From NCBI GenBank assembly GCA_020891255.1, contig BQFW01000009.1, positions 1,426,001-1,490,000 of the forward strand: DNA of 64,000 nucleotides, written 5' to 3'. The position numbers and the translations under genes are program-made. This document shows, one piece after another, positions 9,061-19,900 of this stretch. Origin of the DNA: Entomortierella parvispora E1425. Its lineage: Eukaryota; Fungi; Mortierellomycota. A model generated the notes under the pieces. It had not been told where the DNA came from. It ran no database searches and saw nothing but the letters and a program-made list of their open reading frames with translations. Numbering within the stretch: the stretch's first letter is position 1; each line of letters opens with the position of its first letter.

Positions 9061-12000
9061 TCAGGCAATGGGTGGCGACAGAGTGACAATCAAATCACCC
9101 ACATCCTCCACATCGATCTGCTCCGTTGCCTGATGCAGCTCACCCATGGCACTGGCCATCTAGAACCAAGAAACGGAAAAAGAACAAAAATCCCCAGCGC
9201 GTTAGCAAAACATGAACGAGGGAGAGAGCAAAACGGAGCACATTGCGCGCGCTCCTGTTTGGGGCGCGAATTTGCTCTCTTTGAGCTTCTGTTTTTTTTC
9301 CTTGCTTGGCTTAGCTCATCTCAACTTACCCATCCTAGCGTTTTGGAATCAATTGTCTTCTCTGCCAGCACTTCCCGTACTGATGGGGCCTTGACAGAAT
9401 TGCCCGCAGAGGAGACTGTGGATTTCAACCCATTACCGGAGGACCCCAAGGTGGTGGCATCAAAATCGATAGGGATATCGGCACCGGCTTTTACGACTGA
9501 GGTCATACTGTGTAATTTCTTGATTGTTTGTTCGGGTAACTTGACCGTGTTCAATGCAGAGATGTACTCGTTGGATCGATTCTGAGCTTCTTGCTGTTGA
9601 AGTCGTTCCAATTGCAATGTAGAGGGGATATCAATCAAGTTTCTGGAGGAATAGTTGTTGTCAAGAGAGAGAAATAGATAGATAGAGAGCGTGAGTGAGT
9701 GTCGGCAAGAGAATGAGAAAAGGAAAGAAGAGAAAGAAAGGGAAGAAAAAGAAGACGAAGTGAAGTACAAGAAATAAAGGAGGGACCAAGCACAAACAAA
9801 ACAAGGGATCGGTGGCAAGGTCAAAACAAAAAACACCAATCGTAGGCAAGTTTTGAGGTGGGACGAGTTGGTCGTTGCGCGTAAATTGTCTTTGGAAAGG
9901 TGAAGGGACGTGGGTGCACAACCGGAGGGAGGAGAGGGAAGCTATATTTATAGCGATACCACAATCATTATTGCTGCCTTCGCCTTCAGTCCTGTAGGGT
10001 CGCTGTTCTCGCTGCTCCAATACCCCATAGAGTCAAGAATTGGAAGTGGTCAAGACAAAAGGGAACAAGAATCGAGACAAAAGAGAAAAAGAAAAGGCAC
10101 CTGCTGTAACAAAGATAAAACCAACGGAGGAGATCGCAGTACGATACCCCATGGAAAAAGACATTGTAATCCGCTTCCCATCTTCGATCAGCGAAAAGGC
10201 CAATCGCAACATATGCCGGGCACACACACACTGACACGCAAGCGAGCTCAAAGAAGCAGTCGAGGGTCGAGAGCCGACATCAATTACACGATTGAATACA
10301 GACTGGGGGAGAAGCTTGCCCTAGTTCACATTACAAGGGATCAAGTCCGGCGCTGACCGTTTACTAATTCTACCCGCACCCGGGCCAATTGCTTTGCGGG
10401 ATCTTCAAACAACAATACAAAAAAAGAAATGAAAATGGACAGAGTCCAAAAGATTGCGCTTATCTTGGGATGTACCATGATCCATGGACATGGTCCGTCC
10501 GTCCTCCACCTAGACAAACAGTGGTCGGCGACTATCCCCTTTGTTACTGCAATATCTGATCACCCATAACAATCATGCATTGCATCCACCAACAGCGCAA
10601 GTCCGCATGCAAAAAGTAAGGAACCCAAGCCCCCAATTGGTCCTGGTCAGTGCTGAGCACATTTCTCGCTCACCTCCCGTTGGAGGAGGCAAAGAAGGGG
10701 AAACAAAGGAAGGGGGCAGGGAAGGAGGGAGGGAAGAAAAAGTCGCGACGTTGCAAATGCACCCACTGCAACCACACTCAAGCAAGGATGGAGGAGAGGA
10801 CGGAACGGGATTCGAACGCGCAATTTCACACACCCCTAACGCCGAGTTTCGAAATGGAAACCTTTGTGTTTGCTCTTTGCAAGAAATGCCAACTGCGGCT
10901 GCATGTGTTGCCCTCCCGTGCTAGAATCTACGAGTGGTAAGGTATGTTCTGCACCAGCCGACTTTTGACATTCCGACACCTCTCGCCCCCTCCCTCTCAC
11001 TGCACAACAGAAACACGAAGGTCTTCGCAATTGCCCAGGAACGTACACAGAAACAACAAGAAAAATAGTCCCTCACGAAAATGCACGCCCAGGTACTGAG
11101 ACCACGTAAAGATGTTTCGGTACATCCAAATGAAGAGGCGGAGAGGCGGAGAAGTGAAAGGCATGAGATCTCATGGGAAACGAAAGAAAGACTTACCCTG
11201 CTGTCCTCTCGACGATGCGCTGTAATGACTCGAGCTCTCGTACTTGGTTCTGCTCACCCATCGGTGAAGGGATCATTCGGTTTGCCCTAAAAGATATTGT
11301 TTTTCCGCAAGAGAGAGTAACAGCGCGCAGATGTTAGCATTCATATAGGGTCAGCATCCCCAAGCTTTGAAGAAATAAAGTAGGTTAGGGAATGGACAGC
11401 TGGTTGATCACGGTGGCAAAACTTCAAGGGCTTGGCGAATTCGCCGAAGTATGTAGGTCAGGTAGCCCGCAGCACAAGGGTACCCTTGTCTGCACATGTA
11501 AACAATCATTCCCGCCAAAAAAAAACCCCCCCTCTCCAATGTTGACAGCATCAGCAGGGCAGATGTCAAGTCGACGGTTCGTCATTTGTCCTCCCCTCCT
11601 CGTCGTCCGCTCATCAAACTAAGAGTCGTGTCAATACCCCCACCTCAGTAGCCCACTCGTAGGATTCCACTTGAAAAGAAAAAGAACAGTAAACAAGAAA
11701 AGAAGGAGGGAAATCAATTGCCGTTGTTACTCTCGCTCCTACAACCAAACCGCGGAGAACAGGAGTACAGGGGGGATGAGCAAACACAGAACGCTTGCTA
11801 TTGGCGATAAACAGCCGTTGGTGCATTATTGTTTTGCTCAGCAGTTTGGTAAGATAGCCGTCTACAGAATATGGACCAGGAGTTGGAGCTCTTTTCATTA
11901 TGCAAGAACAATTGGTCCATAAAATCGACAGATAAAAAGAAAGAAAAAACAAGGCCAAACAAGGCACAGCATGGAACTTTTTTCAAACAGTGGTGGTGTC

Positions 12001-13083
12001 ATTTCTCCCAATGGCCTGACAATGCAAGGACGCGCGGATTCGCAAGGTGCGCGCCGTGTGTCGATTATCGAGAATGCAGGATAACGCCACTGTGTCCACT
12101 GAAAGAAAATGAGAAAAGCTCACAGCCCGACCCTCGATCTTCACCCTCCCCTGGATGGTGCACCCGAACGGCAGCAAGAGATGAAAATGATAAAGGATGT
12201 TGCCATATTTGACCATGACACAAAACGAACCCACGCTCCCCCTCCAGCGGAAACGTAACCCTGCGCTCACTTGTTCGACTTGAGCTCTCATTTTTTTTGT
12301 GCTTTTTCGCTCACTCTTTTTTGGTCGAGGGACTTTGCAATTGTGGGATGCCGTGGAGATGAGGGGATGATTGTCGCGCTTTGAATTCCAAAATAACAAC
12401 ACACAATAGTAAAGACTCTGGGACTAGCCGCGAAACAGTAGGACCCATTGGCCACCATGACAAAAGAAACAGCCCCTTTCCTTCGGACACACTAGAACAG
12501 TAACGCATTTCTTTTTGGATTTACCCATATGGATTCACATCGTTGTTCTCGATCAAGAGTCGTGTCCGTTCCTCCTACAACGCGATAGAATAAGTGCGGG
12601 ATCCGATCGAATTGAAATAAACAAGAGAGAAAGAGAGAGAGCATTAGTCAGACGTTCTGCATCCAAGCAGAGGCCATGGCCCCATCAAAAATAAACTAGG
12701 TGATAGGCGAGAGAGCCGTAGGCGGAGTGCTCCATGAATGATAGGGTGGTAATGAAGGATTAGGATAGGACAGGGACCGATCACACTAAAATTGAGGCAC
12801 AGGTAGGAAGGATAGGTGCTCCTAACGGGGGTGTCATGTCGATGGATGGTTTGTGCATGGTTTGTGTGCTGCATGGTTGCATCGCCATGGAAGGAGGTTG
12901 AAGCTAGGCCAGTTGAATGTCGAGGGGGGGGGAGGACAGTTCACCCTTGACCGAGCAAGGGAAGAGAGTCTGTGCGAGGAAGGAGGAGGGGGAGGGGTGA
13001 TGAGCGAATGAAGGGAAGGGGGGGGGGAGGGAGGAGTGACCTACCTCGTTCTGATCAGCGTGTTTGCTTCCACAGCAGCCCAT
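9061..13083 (-). CDS. LAMTOR1: LAMTOR1/Meh1(Ego1)-like Ragulator/EGO scaffold subunit, 196 aa, 5 exons
   Basis: Exons 13083-13045, 12574-12525, 11286-11197, 9642-9330, 9159-9061, all GT-AG with matching phases. Product has MGCCGS (myristoyl/palmitoyl motif), EERTRLL (acidic dileucine), RELESLQRIVERTAGNLIDI and C-terminal QIDVEDVGDLIVTL, as in the LAMTOR family. Confidence 0.85.
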
Positions 13084-13476
13084 GGTTGTGTATGAGTATA
13101 GAGTGTATATGGAGAGACGGGAGAATGAATAGAGATGAAGTAGGACAGAAGGAAAGAAGGAAAGAAGGAAAGAAGGAAAGAAGAAGGGAAAAATGAGAGC
13201 AAGGGGAAACAAAGAAGGAACGAGAGAGAGATGTCGATGCAACAACAAGAGATGCCAAGAAGGAAAGAACGAAGGGAATGAAGGAAAGGAATGAAGGAAA
13301 GGAATGAAGGAACGAAAAGAAAATGAAAATGAAAATGAAAATGAAAGCGAAGCGGGGATGTAAATGAGCAAAGAGAGACGGGGTGGAGAGTGGACAGACA
13401 GAGAGAGACACAGACACAGAGAGAGACAGCGGGCGAAGGCGGGTTTGGTTTTCTTCTGTGTGTCTCAAAAGGGGAG

Positions 13477-13485
13477 GGGGGGGGA
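13477..13485. repeat. Left target-site duplication GGGGGGGGA
   Basis: Identical 9-mer immediately outside both TIRs (13477-13485 and 21084-21092). Confidence 0.85.
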
Positions 13486-14506
13486 GAAGCTCTGAACCCA
13501 GCCCCTCTTTGCTCACTCCTTCACTTCAGAGGGGCTGGGCGCAAATCTCACCCTTTCCTATGGATGACCCAAAATAATTTTTTCGTCCAAAAAAGGAAAA
13601 AAAATTCTCTGATAAATAGTGTAATTTAAAAACTTTAAATAAATTCACTCTAATAATAATAAAATAGTGAGAGTAATGCCAGCCATGCAGCCATGCCATC
13701 GCTCGTCGCCCGGCTTGAATGGGGTTAATTTCTTCCATTTTTTCATTTTCAATGCCACCACTTTCTTTCATAAACCCCGCGTTCCGATCTTGCATTCAGC
13801 TCCTGCCACCTCTTCTTTATACCCTTCATCTGATTAAATGACAAAGATGGCAAGCAAAAGACCAATCGAGCAGAGGTGAGGAGACGCGTCTCGGGTGTCC
13901 ATGATGCTCAGAGTCGCCCACGCGTCCATCTGCTCTATTTTTCTTCATCTCTTCATATTTTCTGTTGTAGTCATGATGCTCTTAGCAAATCTGATCAAGA
14001 TATCCCGGGAACGCCGAGAAGATCGCGTAGCACCAAGGTGAGTAGCTTGATGTGGTGCCTGGTGGCCTCTTCCTGGTGTGGCCTCTTCTAACTCTGTGAT
14101 TTACAATAGGGTGAGGGACGATTTCGTCTTGATTCCCCAGGTGCTCCTCCGCGAACCCCGCAAACAACACAAACCCCACGAGCACCACGAGCACCACGAA
14201 CTCCACGAACCCCGCGCACCTCACAAACCTTACAAACGCCAAGATTCATACAGTCACCAATTGTGGCCAACCAAGTATGAAAAAAATCGTTAAAAAATAT
14301 GTGCTGCTCGCGTTTTCTTTTCTAACAGATGTATCCACCTCCTCCCATTCATATCGATTAGGGAACTACCAATGGTTCTGGTGCTACCGATATGGCCCAA
14401 CCTTTACCCTTTGTCATGGAGGCACAGGCTCTTTCTCCGACTTCTCAGGCTGCGTACATTGGAGGATCAACGCAATTCAACATTGGAAAAAATTCGACGC
14501 CACCCA
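13486..14506 (+). repeat. Left terminal inverted repeat (1,021 bp)
   Basis: Starts GAAGCTCTGAACCCAGCCCCTCT. All mirrored ORFs in the track sum to 34569 with identical translations. Identity ends at ...AATTCGACGCCACCCA (14506). Confidence 0.95.
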
Positions 14507-16755
14507 TCACTGGAGAAGAACCGCCACGACTCAATGTTGGAGAGAATTTGACGCGATCCAATGTTGGAGAAGAATCGCCGCGACCCAGCAATGCGTCGGA
14601 GGAGTTGACGTTCGATCCTTTCTGTGATAACACTGATGGAGAACCAATCATGACGTGGGGTTCTGATAACTATTATGTAAGAACCCCTTTGAGGAAAAAG
14701 TGGTCATCGATGCAGCCATCGTCATCAGCTCCTTCTTCACCCGCCAATTCTGTCGGCTCTCCGTTGCAGTCATTCTCGTCACCATCAAATGCGGTTCTTA
14801 GCCAACCTTTACCGTTTATACAAAAAAGCGATGAACGCGAAGACGAGAGTGATGTCCAGGTAAGTCGAGTTTAATTATGAAATGGCGATGTTCTGGACTT
14901 GCATTAACTCTCACATTAAAATGCATATATGTCTGTAATCTTCATACTGCAGGATCCATTATGTAAAGAGGCTATTCAAGCTTGCCGAAAGCGTTTTCAT
15001 CACTCACCAAAGGAGGAGCAGCTTCGTGTTGTCAAACATATATACAACAAGCAGGATTGCTTACTGCTTGCGCCCTGCGGGTGGGGAAAAACACTTGTAT
15101 TTTCTCTGCCAATGGTGATGTGGAAGGACAAGATTACGGTCGTCATTTCGCCGTTGATTGCCCTGATGCAGGATCAGATAAAGGTATGCCAGCATACAAT
15201 ATACCAGTCTAACAGGTATACTTTTTTCTAACATATCGCGCAATGCGACCCTGTGTTAATACTCTAGAAACTCAAAGAAAAGGATGTCACTTGTTTGCTA
15301 CTCTCGACCTACAACGGCAATCGAGTTAACGACAGTGACATTAAATTAGTTAAGGAGGGACATTACAGAGCTGTGTTCATGTCGCCAGAAGTCATTTTCG
15401 GGAAAGGATCTACTGCATGCAAGGTTCAGGACCTTTGGAACAATAAGTATTGGAAAAGTCAACTATGCTCCATCGTCGTAGATGAAGTCCACTGTGTAGA
15501 TAAATGGAAAGATTTTCGGCCGTATTATTCGCAAATTGGATCATTGCGTGGTAAGGTACCTGGGGTGCCGATCGTAGGCCTGACTGCAACCCTCCCACCC
15601 GATTCGCTCCAGGAAATCAAGAATAGCGTCTTTTCTCGCCTCGTCCACCGTTCATGTCATTCGTGTGGATGACATTCGTGATAACATCCAGCTCGAAGTT
15701 CATACCTTTTCACTAAGGAATCGAGTCAGACAACTGGCGAAGTTGCTGGACAATACAAAGACGATTGTCTATTTTGACAGCATCGCACTTCTCAGAGATG
15801 TACAGGACAAGTTAAGGCCATTGAGGCCTGATCTGCGAATGGACGCATTTTTCTCAACCCGCCTTAGTTCTTCCAAGGATAAAGTCCTGCTCAAGTTCAT
15901 TAATAGCGAGATTGATGTCCTGTTGGCTACTGATGCCTGCGGCATGGGATGCGATATCTCAGATGTTATCACTGTGTTCCAATATGAGTAAGTTGAAACG
16001 TAACTAAGGTTGGACAATGCGGATGAAATGAGAGACGATCTTACTTACTTCAAGATATTTTCAATGATATGAAGTCTGCCTCACGATTTGACGAGTCTTG
16101 TGCAGAGGTTCGGTCGAGCAGCGAGGGGTCCTGGAACTAAAGGCTTTGGGATCCTCTTGGCGCCTCCAACTACCAGCAGGAAATACAACAAGAGACCTGA
16201 CATCTTAAATTTCGTTGCCCCCCAATTGACAAGGACAAGGACAAGGAAAAGGACAAGGAAAAGGACAAGGACAACAGTCGGAGGAAATGTCGGTGGCATG
16301 TGGTGGATGAATATCTAGGGAACAAAATATCCTCTCGTACCAAATGTTGTGATGTATGTCTCGGTGAGTCTTGTCGCCGCAAGACGACCGAACTTACTGG
16401 TCAAATTGGGCCCGAACTGACTATACCAAAGGGGAAGAGCGCGGACAAAGATCAGGATGTAGGGAGGAACAGGTTATTGGAGTGGAGGAAGAACGAGTGC
16501 AAAAAATGGACAGGAGAAGAAGTGTCCTTCGTGGACTTCGAGCTTTGCGTTTTGCCCGATAAAGTACTCGCAAGGTTGTGCTACAAGCTCTTTGCGGCCA
16601 CCACTACTGAAATGGTGAGGTTGATAGCTGACAGCTGTGATTTTGTGCCAGTGGATTGCGATCATTTTGAAATGATCGCTGAGGTTGTGGCGAAAGCCCT
16701 GGGCGAGATAGAAAGTACGAAAAATGATCAAAATTCCTTGGTAGTCGAAGAATAG
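13838..16755 (+). CDS. Transposon-encoded RecQ-like SF2 helicase (~800 aa after correcting two homopolymer frameshifts)
   Basis: Exons 13838-13875, 13971-14037, 14110-14274, 14362-14859, 14953-15183, 15268-15987, 16075-16755. Motifs APCGWGKT, DEVH, TAT, ATDACGMGCD, QRFGRAAR, Zn-like CRW..CCDVC, and an HRDC-like tail (LLEWRKNE..VLPDKVL). Frameshifts at T4 15631-34 and C6 16218-23. Confidence 0.85.
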
Positions 16756-16921
16756 CCCATCAATTGACCGAGCCAAGATGACAAGGAGATGGAGTCACTG
16801 CTTGCATCTGATGACCCTGCACAACCAAACATTTACAGCCGGCCGGGCCATTTAACATCGCACGAGCCCAGGTCCCATTCATTCATTCTTCTTTAGTTAG
16901 TATTATTATTGTCATAAAATA

Positions 16922-19900
16922 TCATTCAGCTACAACATGGTCGTTGGCCTCGACTTCCTCCATATCCACAGTATCGTAGCTATCGCTTTTTCTGAGAAAA
17001 CATGCTATAGCACTCTCTGCCATTTTGTGCGCGCCAACAGTTTGAAGGTCAACTACCACGGATGGAGAAGGCCGAGTGTCTTGCTTGGATGCCCAAAGGA
17101 TTCCACAGAACTGGAGATTGTCTCTGACAAGCTCAACATCCTCTTTCGTGGATGGTTTTTTGTGAGCAGTGCTGTTGTACTTGGTTTCTATCTCCCGTTC
17201 GAAATTACGTGCAATGGTTTGAAATATCTCGACGTTTGTTGAGATTTGTTCGCGAAGATAGTCCCAGCTTGCGTTTGGCCCTTTCGCTGCATGAGTGGCT
17301 TTGAGGAGGAAGTTGATGATTTCTTGGTACATGTCCGTTGGCATCCATGCTTGAGGAATGCCTTTAGGGTTCACCAGCATGCTTGAAAGGACCCTGTGTT
17401 CCCATTCACGCGTCCACAGGTGGCGCATGCCGTGGAGAAATCGTAGTAGCTCAAGGGCATATTTGAATTGCCTCCGCCGTGCATCATCAATGCCACGGTT
17501 GGTAGCACACATCTTATCCGCCCAAGATCGCCAGCCTTAATAGCAGCAGAGAGTTCGATGAAAACGATCATGTCTCGGAGGAAGAGAAGAGCATTGATAT
17601 CTGCTGGAGTGCAGGGCCGGCCATTGAGCAAGGGATTGGCATGCTGCAGACTAGCTATGGCGTAAATGACAAGATCAACGAATCTTGTCATGTCAGACTC
17701 CACTGAGGTATGAAGATCTTCCCAGAGTACCATTGACATTGCGTCGAAAACAATCTTCAGCAGTTCACTGGTTGGCTTGTACTCCGGTTTATCCGTGTTA
17801 AAGCCTTTACTGGCCAATAGGGAAATGAATGATGCAAGTGAGCCTGGGGTATTGGCATCGGCGCCAAGATGTGTCTTGTAGATCGTGGAGCAAAGTGTCA
17901 TTTGGAGATGGAAGAGCTGAAACGTAGGATGTACCCAACCAAGACTGCCGAATGGATCCGACTCAACCATGCGGTGTACCTTGAGAGATAAAAGTCTAGA
18001 GACAGTCATCTGATCACCGGCCACTATGATGTCCCTGGTGGTCTTGCTGAACCATTCATCGCTTAAGCCGAGATCTATCTTTGTTATGTTTTCCAGCACT
18101 GCGAGATTTCCGGCAATAGTCGACTCATCGATCTTCATGGTTGGCAATGGAAAAGTTTTCGTCTTAACAACCTTCAGTACGTCAATGGCCGGCATGGGAA
18201 TCACGCAAACACTGGGTGATCGAGGCAAAAACTGCGAAATGGCAGTCGACAGATGTGTGCGGCAGGCAGCCCTAGTCATGGTGCGGTCGGTGCTTGTGGG
18301 GAAAAAAATGCTGGCGCTTGGCTCTGGCCTGTCCACTCTGAAGCAAACCATTGGGGATGATCGAGGTATTTCAGCACTCCTGGAGCTCCCGAGATTTGAG
18401 CTGTCGGGAATCAGAATCACGGTAGCAGCTGTGCCGTTGTCGAACGTGTCTCTTTTTCCTACTCTCTGGTGATGGTGCCTTGTGGCAATGTTGATGTTGT
18501 CGTATACAATGTAAAAGTCGTTGTTGAGGACTGCCACCTTCACCCTCTCCTGTGCGTCTTTGGTCAAGGCCTTCAATGCCCTGTGAATCTGATCATATGA
18601 CACGCAAAGTCCAAGAGCCGACAAAGTCTCTAAAACTCGTCTGGGAGCTCCCAGGCAGTGAAGATAGATGCCCATTACCATCTGAAAAGCATTGCATTGC
18701 TGGGATCTCAAGAACATGAGCATAGCAGAGATGCAGCCACGAACAGAGCTGGGTTTTTCGACCGCGCCTGCGAGCAGGTGTAGCGCTTCCCACAGTTTCT
18801 TCATCATTGTTGCCGATGTTGTCACTGCCGTTGTTGACGGTGTTATCGCCGTTGCTGTCGATGTCGTTGTCGCCGCTATTGTCGCTGTTGTCGCTGTTGC
18901 TCTCGGTGTCGTTCTCACTGTCGTTGCCGTTGTTGTTGCCTTCGTTTACTCTGGTGCTACCATCGCCACTGTTCGTACCATTTCCCTTGCTAAGCATGCC
19001 GTCCAAAAGTCGTGTCAAAAAAGAAGCTTCGCCGGCGTAAGAGTCGAGAAACCCGTTCCTGAGGATCTTATCGATATTTTCCTCCGACATTCTATTGTGC
19101 GGGAATCGGTAGGCTGGGTGTGGGCCATCGTCACCTACGACGCCGTTCTTGAGGCGATCAAGCTCCCGTTTAGTCCTTGAGACAACGACGTCTACAGCGC
19201 TGTTCACAAATGGGGCATCCCATTCTTTGATCTTGCGTAACTTTTGGCTCCAAATTTTGATAACGCGACGAGGACCGTCTTTGTGATAGAATTGATGAGT
19301 CCAGCGCTTGATGTTTTCATCTTGAGAGTTAAACAGCTTCTCGAAGAAGGCGGGAAGTGAAAGCTGTTGTTCCCTGATGTAGTTAAGAATCATTGCAACT
19401 TTGTGGGTAGAGGAATGCTAAAAAGAAAAATAATTGTTAGACGCCTGTGGGAGTGACATATTGCTGGTTTCTTTGGACAACCGGTCTTCACATACATGCG
19501 GCTTCCTTGTTGATCCGGGCATTCGATCCTCTCCATTGGTCGCTCTGAGTGTGGGGGGAATCGGGCATGCACATCTATACGTAATTCGTAATTCACTTGA
19601 GAGGTAATTCATAAATTACGATAAGGATGTTTTCGAAACCATGTGCTGAATTTACCTGCAGTGTCGATGAGTTGAACTGCTCCTCCATGTCGGCCGTTAA
19701 AGTCCTAATCCTATCACTGAATTTCACTGCATGTTAGAAATTTGCGTAAACCTGGGGGCAACTAAAGTTGCGACAGGGTAGGCAGGTTGGGGTATCTCAT
19801 GCTTACGCGAACTGAGGGGTGCTCAGATTCCTAGATCGTCGCGAGTTTTTTCTTGTGGGGGTCCTCATGTAATCGTTCCCAGAAACCCATATCATCGGCG

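Noticed and set aside
11601-11660. 12-mer AAGAGTCGTGTC shared by LAMTOR1 exon 2 and intron 2 as a duplicated alternative exon
   Set aside because: A 12-mer repeat within 4 kb is plausible by chance, and the TRLL-containing frame stops immediately with no usable donor.
9661-12900. The many 60-150-aa ORFs in LAMTOR1 introns and antisense to real genes across the window
   Set aside because: Low-complexity or shadow frames with no recognisable domains.
14078-14293. His-rich ORF (HEHHEHHELHE) in both TIRs as a metal-binding peptide
   Set aside because: It is an alternative frame of exon 3; the splice-consistent frame reads PRAPRAPRTPR.
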